Shown piece after piece: positions 14,009 through 29,558 of a stretch of DNA of 64,000 nucleotides. The DNA comes from Eledone cirrhosa (lineage: Eukaryota), in the NCBI GenBank assembly GCA_964016885.1, contig OZ024742.1, forward strand, positions 60,698,001 through 60,762,000, written 5' to 3'. The position numbers were made by a program, and so were the translations under genes. Positions within the stretch are counted from its first letter, which is position 1. Each line of letters begins with the position of its first letter. The notes beneath the pieces were generated by a model, which saw only the letters and a program-made list of their open reading frames with translations, was not told where the DNA came from and made no database searches.

Positions 14009-15672
14009 TAATCTTAGCGTTTTCACATTATTTGTAGCGCTATAAAATTATGAAACCGGAGAACTGGAGTTGTAATATCATATTGGAATTCTTACGACAG
14101 AAATACTTCATCATGTTCATAACAGAATTATTGATTTAATTTTGAAAATATTGTTACGCATCGAACAACTTATTTCTTTCATCAACCTTTATGGTTAGGC
14201 GATAAAATATAACAATTCTTGTTTTCAAAATGATAAGACAAGTTTCTAATACTGAATATATATTTCTATTTTCCCTGTTCAGTTTCTCTGGATGGTTATT
14301 GGATGAAAATGTTTGTAACAGAACCATTTCGTATCTCTCTTCTGTATTTATTAATAAAAGGGTAAGAAAAGTTCAAAATATAAAAACATTAATCAGATAA
14401 GCTAATTGACGAGGCAATAAATAATATTAATACCTTGATTTAATAGCTGAAGGATTGAAATTATCAAAGTATGCTTTAATCAACCATACTTATTTACAAA
14501 GTTGCTCTCAGTGTTCTGATTAGTGTTGATAATCAAATGTTATAGAATTCCTTCTATTATATTTCAAAATGTATCGAGGGACTAGAAATATAACTTGGAT
14601 TGTTGACTTAAGAATATGTAAATATTAAAATGTGTCTAATCAACCATACTAATTTACATATTTGATCTTGAGCAAGGTGATTAATATTTGACTCATAGAA
14701 GCATGTTACACAACGCATCGAAGGCCGAATATTGTTGTATTTGGTTTTGTTTTTAATAATAAGACGTTTGAATAAAATAGTTAAAAACTGATCATCTCAG
14801 GTTTGTATCAGACACTCAAGAAATTGACTCTAATTATTGAATATGAATGAAGATGAGAACAAGTGACATTTACCAGGCCTCAGTTATCTGCATTGTGACA
14901 TCCTGTGTGGTGCAGGGGATCGACACAATCATATCATCCAAGTATACATTCCTGAGGTCTTACATTGTATACAAGGTACCATGTACAAAATACGGTGATT
15001 TTCACACTGGAAGCACTGTTCGCAAACTAAACGCATTGATCATAGGATACACCAACATTCTGCTGTTTTCTGAAATACGCTCTGAAATGACACACCTAAA
15101 ATATCAAAGTTATCGAAAACATCGTAAATTGTCTATCAAAGTTGATATTCTCATCGTTAGATTGAGTTGTTTCCTTAACACTAATTGCATGAAACCGACT
15201 GGATTTGTCTGCGCATGTTCCGAATTTCCGATCTAATTTCTAAACAGAGATCACTACTCGTCACTAATCTCACATCCCATTTCTTTACTTTAAAACATGA
15301 GATTCTAATCCTGAAATATGAAATATAAGGTAAAATTGTAAACTCTTTTTTTTGTTGTTTTGTTTGTCTTACTTCACCATATTTTTCACACCTATATTTC
15401 TAATATACATTGTAGCGGATCTCCCAAATATCTGTCAGCAAACATATTAATCATATTAATTGTAGCGTGACCAAGAAAAACTCCAGAAACACACACTTAA
15501 TGATAAATACCTCAAGCAGTAAATGCATAAAGACCACGCGCACAAGATAAAGAAAAGGTTACTACTATGCCAGACAAATATACACCACAATGAATGTGTG
15601 CCTCTCGTTGAACGATATTAGCAGCTTTATGATATTTTGTTGGTCATATCAAAATTTATAAAATAAACTTTG

Positions 15673-15733
15673 TATTTTATCTGATGAGAGCGTACCAAAG
15701 ATTTGGTACCCTTGAAATATATATAATAGAATA
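15673..15733 (+). ncRNA. Type I HHR in a solo pLTR end (~15450-15778)
   Basis: TATTTTAT-CTGATGA-GAGcGTACCAAagaTTTGGTACcCTT-GAAA-TATATA-TA-ATAGAATA. Confidence 0.8.
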
Positions 15734-15778
15734 AATATGGTTTTATAAATATAGTTTCCATTTATTTAATATCATTGT

Positions 15779-15856
<78 letters not shown>

Positions 15857-16201
15857 GTGTGTGTATGTGTGTGTGTGTGTGTGTTAGAAAAAAGAAGTTT
15901 TGTTTGCATGTGTAAGATTGTTATAGTGGGTCGACGCGCGTTTCGCATAAGATTGGCTCAAATCCATCCATAGGATTTATGGCCCGACACCATTATCGAT
16001 CTGCTCTTCAAACTGTAGATAAAACAAAAAAACACATATATATATATTGTTTGTTAACCTATGTGTGACCTTGAACCAATCCCCTGCGAAAAGCACGTAC
16101 CAGGTCGTTACAAATTAACAATCTTTTACATGTAAACGAAACCACCTCGTTTTCTCTAATGTATACTCTCTGCCCGTGAATAGAAACTCAGTGAATCACC
16201 T

Positions 16202-17860
<1,659 letters not shown>

Positions 17861-18047
17861 GATAACAAAGAGGGTGTAGTAAAATACCAGGTGGGCCATA
17901 ACACACCAGAGTACCCAATACTTAGGGTAGTAGAGTTGGTAATAGGAAAACAGTCAGGACCTCGACGGCTGTTCGGATCTTGCTGTCGAAATAGCCGTCG
18001 GGGTCCTGATTCTTTTCCTATATATATAGATCTCTATATACATATAT

Positions 18048-18239
18048 AACGAAGAAAGTGTGGTAAGGAACCAGGTGGACCATAACGCACCAGAGTACTC
18101 AATACTTATGGTTGTAGAGGGGGTAATAGTAAAAGAGTGAAGGCCCCGAAGTCTGAGCTCCGGCGTTTCGACACCTAGTTCAGGACTAGCTGTCGAAACG
18201 GCCGGAGCTCAGTCGTCGGGGTCCTGACTCTTTTCCTAT
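18048..18239. mobile_element. Fold-back short element (half-HHR family)
   Basis: Inverted arms around ctagttcaggactag; same family as 25165 and 34491. Confidence 0.7.
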
Positions 18240-18263
18240 TATATATATACACATATATATATA

Positions 18264-18388
<125 letters not shown>

Positions 18389-18974
18389 AGAGGGGGGAGA
18401 AAAAAAGAAAGAGAAGGGAGGGATAAATTTATTAGATAGGTATAACGTTTTTATACATCACATGCTTCATGTATTCTTACATTGTAAAATATAATTTTTA
18501 CCAACCTTTGCCATTGGGGTTTTTTCCTAGCCTTTCTATAAATCTTTACTGTTTATCAACCTTTATACCTGTTTGTGCTTACGGTAGTAGTTGCTTTAAT
18601 TTGCTCCTTAGTACTACTCTCTACAACAATAGATGAAAATGTTAGCAGAAATTTATTCACAGCTTGCTCTATGGTGGATGTCAACAATCTCTAAGAGTTA
18701 ACGAAAATATTTTGAAGTGGTTTTCTAACAAAAGCACAACAATTGTCGTCTGCAGAATATTTTTGCACTACAATATAAAATTCAAATTGGGGATAAGGAG
18801 AAGTAACACCTGCTATAGACTACAGATACAAATTTAAACCAGTCTATGTCAATTTTAATTGAATGAATTTAATTTAAAATATCACTCGAGTTGTAAAGAA
18901 TGTATGTCGGTTATGTAATTTGCAAGGTCTCCAGAACTCGTAAAAAAAAAAAAAATATATATATATATATATAT

Positions 18975-19268
18975 AATATATAAGAACAAAAGATGGTTAA
19001 AAGATGGTTAATATGTTGATTTAAAACTGCACTATCCACAAGTGTTTTTTAACCTTCATATCATGTCTTCCTATTTCATCTGATGAAAACACAAATATTA
19101 TTGCATGATGATATTTGTTTTTGAAATGCGCATAATAAAATACATGGAACTCTTTTAACCATCTTTTGTTCTTATATATTATGTATACTCCAGTCCTACA
19201 AACTGTAGCGTGCTTCTTATCCGATATCTGCATTGCTTTATTGTACTACAATAAAACTCACCTCCTAC

Positions 19269-19270
<2 letters not shown>
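18975..19270 (+). mobile_element. Solo pLTR-like element with HHR (19072-19142) and a short inverted arm
   Basis: TATTTCAT-CTGATGA-AAACACAAATAT...ATATTTGTTTTT-GAAA-TGCGCA-TA-ATAAAATA; 18975-19002 is inverted to ~19153-19180; related fragment at 56905-56965. Confidence 0.75.
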
Positions 19271-19307
<37 letters not shown>

Positions 19308-19308
<1 letters not shown>

Positions 19309-22001
19309 GGAAAAATTTGAACAGGGACAAAACAGAGAGGCAGTACAATAAATGTTTATTAATTTCACGCTCAGGAGAGTGGGGGGTAGGTGGGGGACGA
19401 CGTTTCGGGCATAAGCCCTTCCTCAGGTGAGAAGTGTGGGGGAACAGAGTTCAAAGGGTGTGTAGGGGAGTGGTGGAGAGACATATAGCGAAAGGAAACG
19501 GTGCGAATGAAAAAATAACAAATAAAGATAAAAAATAAAAATAAAGCATGATCAAAATGCAAGGAATGAGAAAATTTAAAAATAAAGGCATGATCAAAAT
19601 AAACTGAAATTAAAAGGGGGGTAAACAGGTAGTGGAAGGGTGTGGGGTGAGTAGGGGTGGTGGCGGGTGGAGTGGGGAGAGGGAGACGGGGTGTCCGAGC
19701 AGGGAGGGCTGAAGGTGGTGTGTGTGTGTAGGTGTGCGTGTGTGTGTGTGTGTGTGTATGTGAAAGTAAGGGTTGGGGGAAGAACGGGGTTGCATGTTCA
19801 GGAAGAGGTATGTGTGGGGGGTGTTTTTGTGGGTCGGAGTGTCTGTGCGTGTGTGGATAGGGGGTGGCGGGAGAGGAATCAGGGGGCTGAGGGTGTAAAT
19901 ATGTGGTGGGAAGCACGTGTGTGTGGGGTTTAAGCGTGTTGTGGGTGCGGGTGGCGTGTGGATAAAAAAAATTGTTTGGGGTGTGTGTGTGGGTGAGTTA
20001 TATAGGTGATTACGTAAGAGGGTAGTTGAAAAGTTGGTAAGTTCCAAGGATGTTTAGTGGATTGGTTGTGAGTCAATTTCTGCGTGTGGGTAATCCATGA
20101 AGCGGTGGTCGGAAGAGGAGAGATGTGGGGTGCGCGCGCAACAGGAAGTGGGCAGCAGTGGGAGTGCTGTGGTCTGTTAGTATGGGAGGGGGTCGGAGGG
20201 CATAGCAGCAGTCGGTGGAATGGTAAGGGGGCGAGGATGGGTAGGTGTGAAAGTTGGAATGAGGAGGGTGTGTGTGTCTGTGTATTAGTAGTGGTGTTAG
20301 TGGGATGAGTGAGTGTGGAGCGAGGGTGTGGGTGGAGCGGGGAGAGAAGGGTGTGTGTGGTTCTATGGAGGGGTGGGTGGTGTAAGTGGGTGCGTGTGTT
20401 CGTGTGCTTGGGGTTAGGGGGTGTTAGTGAGGTTAGTTGCGGGGTGGTGGGATGGAGGTGTGGGGGTGAGAAGTGTGGGGGTGAGGGTTAGTGGTGGTAG
20501 TAGGGTGTGTGTTTAGTGTGAGCGCGTGTATATATGTGCCGGTGGGTGTGTGCGTGTGATAAGGAGGGGGGAGGAGGAGAAGAGGGGAGGGACGGGATGT
20601 TAGTATGTTAGTTGGGGAAGGGTGGTCAGATGAGGGGTGGAGTGGAGGTGTTAGTATTGTTAGTGTGGGGTGGGCGGTGAAAAGGAGGGGTGTGTTAGTG
20701 GTGTTAGTGGGGGATACGTGTGGGGGGAGGGGGGCGGTCGAACGCTAAAGGAATAAGTGCGGGGAGTTCAGGCCGTGGGGAGTGTGGGTCTGTAAGATGA
20801 AGATAGTTCGTTGTTCGACCGTAAGGCGATGGGCGGGTGTTCCGTGGCACTGGAGTAGGCCACAGACTGTGAGATGGCGTGCGGAGTGTCCAGGTCCACC
20901 AAAGTGGCGGGCGATGGGGGAACTGCCCCCGAGACGAATATCCCGGAGGTGCTCCGTGACTCGGTCCACCAGGCGACGGCCCGTCTGTCCGACATAAGTC
21001 GCGCTGCACGGAGTGCAGCGAAGTCCGTAGACTAGGTTGGAGGAGGTGCAGCGGAAGGCATGCCGGACCGAGAGAGAGTGGCCGTTGGAACCCTGGTAGG
21101 TGGTGGTGTTGGTGATGTGGGTACAGGTGTTGCAGCGGGGCCTAGAACAGGGAAAGGAACCGGGGAGGGAAACAGCGTGGGTTGGGGGGTAGGGAGCTGT
21201 GGACGAGGAGGGTGCGGAGATTGCGTGCGCGTTTGAAGGAGGGGAGTGGTGGGGTTGGGAAGATGTGCGAGGTGGAGTGGTCGGACTGGAGGCGTCGGAA
21301 GAGCCGGCGGATGGTGCGGTGGAGGGGTAAGGTGGAGGGGTGGTGTGTGATGGGGGAGGGGAGACGGTGGGTGGGTGTGCGGTGGCGTGGGGTGAGGGTG
21401 GTGGAGCGGGGGAGAGCACGGGCGCGAGCGGTGTAGACGAGAGAGGGGGGTAACCTCTGCGGATGAAATGGCTGACTAGGGAAAGGGCCTGGGACTCGAA
21501 GTCAGCATCACGGCTACAGAGGCGGCGGATCCTGAGAAGTTGGGAGTAGGGAATGGAGTGTTTAGTGTGGGTGGGGTGGGAAGAGGTGAAGTCGAGGTAA
21601 GAGTGGGAGTCGGTGGGTTTGAAGAAGGCGGAGGTGACGAGGGAGTGGTGGGAGGGGTCGAAGGCGACGGAGATGTCTAAGAATTGGACGTGGGTGGTGG
21701 AGATAGAGGTGGTGAAGTGGAGGGAGGGGTGGAAGGAGCAGAAGAAGGAGAGAAAGGAGTCGAGCTGTTCTCGGGTGAGGGTCGTGGCTCCGATACAGTC
21801 GTCAATGTAACGACCGTACAGTTCGGGCGTGGGCCGGTGTACTGGGCAAAGATTTGGGCCTCAACATGGTCAACAAAAAGGTTGGCATAGTTCGGGCCCA
21901 TTCTTGTGCCCATGGCTACCCCCGTGACCTGTTGGTAAAACTCACCCGAGAAGGAGAAACAATTTAGGGTGAGGACCAGCTCGGCGAGGCGAAGAAGGGT
22001 G

Positions 22002-22004
<3 letters not shown>
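19308..22004 (-). mobile_element. GC-rich 5'-truncated Neptune-like PLE
   Basis: Minus strand GVAMGTRMGPNYANLFV, RYIDD, FLDI, KPTDSHSYLDFTSSHP, SIPYSQLLRIRRLCS; FPCSRPRCNTC...CTSSNLVYGLRC...YVGQTGRRLVDRVTEH...PHGLN; HHR CTGAGGA-AGGGCttatGCCC-GAAA-CGTCG-TC at ~19390-19432; (TA)n flanks. Confidence 0.92.
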
Positions 22005-22047
<43 letters not shown>

Positions 22048-22211
22048 TGAGTGTGTGTGTGCTTGTGTGTTTATATTATTTATAAACAGATTTAAAAACA
22101 GTGTATGTATGAATATATATATATAGGAAAAACTTTTTCCTATTTCCAACTCTACTTCCCTAAGTATTGAGTGCGTTATGGTCCATATGGTTCCTTACCA
22201 CAATTCCTTTG

Positions 22212-22245
<34 letters not shown>

Positions 22246-22253
<8 letters not shown>

Positions 22254-23712
22254 GATCGAGTATCGAAAAATCGGCGCACGAGTTCACGATAAACAATATT
22301 CGAAATGAGCGGCAGAGGGCTCAATAATTCAGATGAATCAGAGCTATAACTATCGTTAAAATACCGTCACACATAGAACAAGTCTACAATCAACCATACG
22401 ATAAAAAATCGATAATAGAAGATTCGGGACAAACAGATAAAAAATATCAATAAAACAATACATCAATAATTTAAATGAATGTAAAATCATACCCGGACCC
22501 ACTAGAAAGGTGTTAAATCTAGCTTCTTGGGTTTCTGTAAATCCTTAGACTGTACTCTATCAGCTCACATATAAATATATAACACTACTAGAGCAAGAGG
22601 AATGGAGTTTACTTCATCAACGAGCTTTTTCCTAGCGGATAAGAGGCTAACCACAAGCGAAATACGCACATGGAATTCGACAAGGGAGATAACCTCTACA
22701 TCCGCGAAAACTATTCGAGGAAATGTGGAAATACACATATCGAATAAGAGTGCTCAATAGACATGTTAAAATAAAACAAGAGCTATTCATCACTCAATAG
22801 AATCGACAAAAAATGAGCAATAAAATTAACTGGTGGATAGCTATGTCCAGAGCTAAAAATATTAGAAAGATCGAGTATCGAAAAATCGGCGCACGAGTTC
22901 ACGATAAACAATATTCGAAGTGAGAGGCAGAGGGCTCAATAATTCAGATGAATCAGAGCTATAACTATCGTTAAAATACCGTCACACATAGAACAAGTCT
23001 ACAATCAACCATACGATAAAAAATCGATAATAGAAGATTCGGGACAAACAGATAAAAAATATCAATAAAACAATACATCAATAATTTAAATGAATGTAAA
23101 ATCATACCCGGACCCACTAGAAAGGTGTTAAATCTAGCTTCTTGGGTTTCTGTAAATCCTTAGGCTGTACTCTATCAGCTCACATATAAATATATAACAC
23201 TACTAGAGCAAGAGGAATGGAGTTTACTTCATCAACGAGCTTTTTCCTAGCGGATAAGAGGCTAACCACAAGCGAAATACGCACATGGAATTCGACAAGG
23301 GAGATAACCTCTACATCCGCGAAAACTATTCGAGGAAATGTGGAAATACACATATCGAATAAGAGTGCTCAATAGACATGTTAAAATAAAACAAGAGCTA
23401 TTCATCACTCAATAGAATCGACAAAAAATGAGCAATAAAATTAACTGGTGGATAGCTATGTCCAGAGCTAAAAATATTAGAAAGATCGAGTATCGAAAAA
23501 TCGGCGCACGAGTTCACGATAAACAATATTCGAAATGAGCGGCAGAGGGCTCAATAATTCAGATGAATCAGAGCTATAACTATCGTTAAAATACCGTCAC
23601 ACATAGAACAAGTCTACAATCAACCATACGATAAAAAATCGATAATAGAAGATTCGGGACAAACAGATAAAAAATATCAATAAAACAATACATCAATAAT
23701 TTAAATTAATGT
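22246..23712 (-). repeat. 615-bp tandem repeat, ~2.4 near-identical copies, with an HHR-like motif
   Basis: Unit starts attagaaagatcgag at 22246, 22861 and 23476; only a few substitutions between copies; no long ORF. Confidence 0.92.
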
Positions 23713-24129
23713 TATACAGAAACACACGTTTAGCGTTATAAATGAAAAAAATGTGTTATAATATTTACAACACATATTTGATTCATAACGCAAAACAGCC
23801 GGGCCGAATTTTTCTACAAATATCTTGTAATGACTTGTTCAGATTTATTATGTGAAGTTATTTTTTCAAAAGGGGAACCATTAAGCGTATGAATTAAAGA
23901 ATATCAAATATTAAGAGACTTTTATTTTAAACAAGTTGAAACCCAATTTAAAATAATTCATAGCGATCCACTCTTATTTTGTCCATATCCATTATGTATT
24001 TAAATTTGGGGAGTTGGATGTTTTAAACAGTACGAATATATAGAAATATATATTGGCATATGGGTAGGACATTACCAGGTGTAAAAGAATATTAACATGA
24101 GTGGTGGGTAGGAATACGTGACCGAACAT

Positions 24130-25132
24130 GAATGTGTTTGTTTATCAATCTGGATTTTTCAAGATGGCTAGTTAGATAAAGAAAGATAATGGGCATTACT
24201 GGAATTCTTTGTTGTATTTTAGTGATCCCAGCCGATGTCATGGATGTTATTCAAACACCTTGCACGAGGTCTACCATGGAGTTTCCTGTCGGCTGGTTTT
24301 GCAAGTACAATTTGTCCAGTGATTCGTTTCTTAGACATTCCTACCACACACCCGTAATATCAAAGCTGTGATCTCTCCGTTCGAAGAAGTAGCAGATGTA
24401 TAAGGAAAGACTCCCTGATCTATAAGATACGCAATCTAGCGAACTCTAACAACACTGACCATATATAGGGGAGAAAGCTTCTGGCATAAGAGAAAGGATG
24501 AAAGAATACTGTCAAGAACACCAAAACGAGAATAACTCATCAGTACTCCACCAGCATGCCAGAATTGCACATGGGTTTCAGTGGGATACATCAAGATGAA
24601 AAGTATATCTACACAGAGAATAGACGCAATGCTCCGACAGAAGCTATAAACATAAATGAACTTCGATGAAAATCATATAGAAAGCATGAATGGATTAGTA
24701 CTAACATCACAACACAGTGACTAAGAACAAAATAAAGAGACACACGAAGCAAACTAAGATAAATAAACAGATCCCCACACCACACATGCACTCATATATT
24801 GTATACAAAAACCAGAATAACAATTAAATAACTAATGACAAGTAGGAACGAGAGAAGAGAGTAAACACAAATAAAAACGCACATGGATGTAATGCATGCA
24901 CATTCCAGGAACACAGCTCACAAAGACAAGTTGTAAAACAGATCAAATAGGAGACACAATGTAACAAAATTAGTCACTGAAGAGGCCATATAATGTGGGA
25001 CGAAAGAGCTTTGACAATCAACAACTAAACAACTAACCGGTTACTAAACTAACCGACGGAAATTGTAATAATATAATTAAAAAATCAACAGGTGTGTGTG
25101 CTTTTACTGGCAGCATAGCTCTCACAAAGTAT

Positions 25133-25140
<8 letters not shown>
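24130..25140 (+). mobile_element. Degenerate PLE 3' end related to the 8447 family
   Basis: YIGEK...ERMKEY.QEH...SVLHQHARIAH GIY-YIG remnant; pLTR with HHR at 24973-25015; ends aagtataacaat(AT)n. Confidence 0.8.
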
Positions 25141-25164
<24 letters not shown>

Positions 25165-25165
<1 letters not shown>

Positions 25166-25355
25166 ACGAAGGAAATGTGGTAAGGAACCAGGTGGACCAT
25201 AACGCACCAAAGTACTCAATACTTGGGGTAGTAGAGTGGGTAATAGGAACCAGTAAGACCCCGACGGGTGAGTTCAAGCCGTTTCGACGGCTAATTCTGG
25301 ACGGAATTAGCCGAAGAAACGGCTTGAGCTCAGCCGTCGGGGTCTTACTGGTTCC

Positions 25356-25357
<2 letters not shown>
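25165..25357. mobile_element. Fold-back short element (half-HHR family)
   Basis: Inverted arms centred on ~25298-25303; (TA)n both sides. Confidence 0.8.
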
Positions 25358-25386
<29 letters not shown>

Positions 25387-25561
25387 TATGTGTTTTATAT
25401 ATATGTACAAAATACTATGTTTTCTCTAATTGATATATGGCTATATACATGTATTAAAAATCAATTGAATTTGTGATGCCCTGGGCAAAAGTCCATTGAG
25501 ATATTTCACCGAGAAAAATATTCATCATACATATTTTATATATTATGATACTTCAAATTCG

Positions 25562-25643
<82 letters not shown>

Positions 25644-25861
25644 GCTGTAAGTTTATCTTGGAGTAATAAAATTGAAAAAGTGGAGAATAACATGGTCAAC
25701 AGTACAAAAGAGGGGATTTATTTGCAGTCTAACAATTGTTTCACTAATAGAGATGTCTAAAAGTTGCTGAACACTAAAACCAGTGCGACTCAATTTGAAA
25801 TATAATGTTAACTCTATTAGATCTTCAGAAACACTTTCTGGAGATCTAATAGAGTTAACAT

Positions 25862-26032
25862 CGGTAGCGAGTCGGACGCCATGCTTTGCAGCATAGCGTT
25901 ACGGCCTTTTATTGTCTGAGTTCAATTCCCGCCGAGGTTAACTTTGCCTTTCATCCTTACGGGGTCGATAAAATAAAGTACCAGTAATGTACTGGGATAA
26001 TTGCTGGCCTTGTGCCAAAAGTAGAAACAATT
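25862..26032 (+). mobile_element. tRNA-derived SINE family A, 5'-truncated
   Basis: B-box-like gagttcaattcc, body ttaactttgcctttcatccttacggggtcgataaaataaagtaccagt, tail gaaacaattat. Confidence 0.8.
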
Positions 26033-28540
26033 ATCTACTGTATCAGAGCCTCTGTAGATTATTTCATGACCATGGAACCTGTTGACCATGAACTCATTAA
26101 CCAATCTTGCTGTATCATTTGTTGGAGTGATAATGGCTCTATTTGCAAGCCATGGTGGGTTTGTGTAGTTTCCTGGAAGATTTGTATACACAAAATCACA
26201 CAGTCCAGACACATTACCATATCCCAGACAAAGTTTATTTGGCAGAATAATTTTGAATGCACCACCCATAATTGGAACAGTTGGAATGTTACCATTTCCA
26301 ACATCAAGAAGGTAGTTTGCAAACTGTCTTTCATCAGAATCCTCTGCATTAATTAACCGTTGATTGGTTGTCATCTCCATGATTTCCACATAGTCCCAGA
26401 GATAGGATCTCTTGATGGTTGCCTCAACTATTTGTAGTCTAGCACCCTGACGTGCAACTGGAAGAATTTGCTTCCAGTCACCAGATAGTAATACTGTTAG
26501 ACCACCAAATGGCTTTTTGCATTCTCGAACATCTTTGAAGCTCCTGTTAAGGCATTCAAAGATATGCTTATATCCCATACCTATCTCATCAATGATTAGC
26601 AAGTCAGCTTGCTGCATAAGTTTACCTGTGTCATCCTCTTTGTGAAGCAGCAAGTTGTTCAGCAGTCACATTGAGAGTACTCTTGCACTTGGAATGAAGA
26701 GTTCTATCTTTGTGAAGCAAAGTGGCTGCTATTCCAGATATGGCAGTGGCAAGTGCAATTCTTTTTTTAGATCAGAAGTAATTCAATAGGATGTTTCTGA
26801 CATAGGTATTTCCTGTACTTGCACTTGCATTCAAGCAGAAAATGCTGCCTTCATTTTTATTTACAGAGGTGATTACTTTGTGAAAAATAACCAGTTGCTC
26901 ATGATTCAATGTTGGCAGAAGTTCATTTATGTTTACTTGCAGTTGGTGTGTATTGAAATCAGTTTCTGCCATACGAACCCTGTTGATTTCTGGTATGGCA
27001 ACAATAGTTAGGTCTGGCCGAGGATGTCCATAGTTGGCATGAATGTCCAAGCCATCATGTTGACGTTTTTGCTGGATCTTCTGTAGAACAATCTGCACGG
27101 TTTGCATGGACATGACTTGCTCATGACGTTCATGCATGATATTCTCTGCAAGACAACGCTTCCATTTCTCCCAGAACCCTAGAGGGTCATTTGGCATGCT
27201 GTACAATAAAATGGTGCAGAAGATCTCTGGCAAATGAAGACCAAGCGTAATGGATGAGGCCTCTTCCATAGCTTTGTCTTTTTCTCTATCTTCATCTAAC
27301 AGACCAAGTTTCCTGCATGCTTCTTGGAATGTTGGAAATTCAACTCCTTCAATTGTCCTCAAATTTTTGTATGAATTTGACCTAGCCTTGTGATGTAGGA
27401 TCATCCTGAGGTAATATAATTCAGATTGATGTCTACTCAGAGATACTGTTGGAATGCGTCCAAGAGATTCACTCATAAATTGTTGATCACCATCCAGATG
27501 TCCCTTTTTTTTCTTTGCCACTTTTTGTTTGTCCAAGTGAAATATTTAGGAATATCAATATGTTTAGTACCAGTGGGTTTCTAATATTCAGTTGAAAATA
27601 TTCCGCCAACTTAGTCATTGGCTGTCCCCTAGAAATAATACTTTCATCCTGCCCTCGCTCATACACGACCATTTGTTCCCCAGGTAAATGACAAGGCAAC
27701 TTTTCAGCTGGCGGTTTTCGATGATGTAATGGAAATTTATAGGTTCTCCAGAATGCTTCACTGGCTGAGATGTACCGTGCATTGATATAGGTCTCAATCT
27801 CATTTTGGGCATGGACACAATTTCCTTCATCATCCTTAATAGTGAAAGTGATCTTGTCTGATCCTTTTGTGATGTACTTATATAAGTACTTAACATCCTT
27901 GACACCGTGGACAACCTCACAATTGATGTGGCACTGATATCTCAATGAGAGGAAAGGGTTGTATGGAACAATCCAACGTTTATCAACAGTAAATTCTTGA
28001 CCTTTGAGTTGGATTGTATGTGTGTGATCACCATGCTGTCTATCCCTTCTTCTATACTCCGGATAGGAATTTTCGGCAACAAATGTGGTTTGTCTGAATG
28101 AATTGGGATAACTTTTTGAGCAATGGCGGTGTTGTCCTAACCTTCCATACATGAGCACATCATATTACCTTGTCCACATGGGCCATGAATGTTTCAGGAT
28201 GTGATGATCTTATGCAGAATTGGATTGGTCTCTTTATCAGAAATCTCACAGTACACTACCTGATCAATGGCATCAGCAGCTTTGGTCTTGCTATCTTCAG
28301 CCATTATCAGCAGAATATGAGCATGAGTGAGACCTCGTTTTGCTGCCACTCTATTGTAGCAGAATGAGCCACAACTTTTCCTAAGACATTTTTTTCAGTA
28401 TGTCATCCATGAGGCTGTCATACTTGATCTTGAAGACTCTTGCACAAATATCAGGACGGTCTCTAGGTTCTTCACCAGGGTGCAAACTATTTTTTATTTC
28501 ATCTCAATTAGGGTTAGTTGTTACCGTGATGAAATAAGAT
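26033..28540 (-). pseudogene. Helitron Rep/helicase (HUH Rep plus PIF1 helicase), decayed
   Basis: LFITVTTNPN, DRPDICARVFKIK, RWIVPYNPFLSLRYQCHINCEV, KYLYKYITKG, ARYISASEAFWR, ELYYLRMIL, TFQEACRKLGLL, LIIDEIGM, PFGGLTVLLSGDWKQILPV, RAIITPTN; multiple frameshifts. Confidence 0.92.
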
Positions 28541-29493
28541 GACTTTCCTATGTGTCGAACCACAGTCATCGAATTCTGAAAGCACTCACTGTAGAAACGA
28601 GGGGAACCATAGTTTGAAGGAGGGAGAACAATTCTCCGGCCTGCACTTGTTAGACTGTGCCCATGCTGGGGTACCACGATTAAAGGATTTTCTTTACCTC
28701 AATTCCAGTACATATATTTTAAAATCTAGTACTTATTTTATTGATCTCTTCTATTCTTTTGAAACGTGTGTCTGTGTGTATGTGTTCATATGTATGATGG
28801 TACCCTATCGCTTGCGACGAGGATTCTTCGAGCTAGGTTTCTCAAATGGAACTGCCTGAAATTAAGGTGAGAGTGACTGAGCATTCCATAGACACGTATA
28901 ACGAAGGGTTTCAGGGTGGGACTACATTGGTTCTTCGAATTACTGGCAGAGTACATTTTTTTTACTTCAGTGGAGAGAAGAAAAGTGAAATAAAGTGTCT
29001 TGCACAAGAACATAACGTACTAATGGGATTCGAACTCTCAACATTACAATCACGAGACACACACACGGACATAAACGCAAACACATACACAGATACAGTA
29101 ACACATATATGCACACACACACAAAAGCAAACAGATACACACACACATATACATATATATGCACATAAACACTTATGCACACACACACAGATACACACAT
29201 ACACACACATAAACACACCACTCATACATATATATATATATATACGTGTGTGAGTGAGTGTATGTACTTATGAAATGGTAAAAAGAATATACACCTGTAG
29301 ATTGAATCATTGGTACTGTAGTAAATTATCCTTTCCTTATTTCCAGATCATCACATACATACACACAGCCACATATAGAGATAAACACACTATCGTCTAT
29401 CTTTCTATCTACCTACATATATATCTACGTATCGATCTATCGATCTATCTATCTACCTGCCAACCTACCTGTCTATCTAACTCTCTCTCTCTC

Positions 29494-29558
<65 letters not shown>

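Noticed and set aside
22246-23712. Assembly duplication as the explanation of the 615-bp array
   Set aside because: Copy 2 differs from copies 1 and 3 at specific sites, which favours real copies, though reads are needed to exclude error
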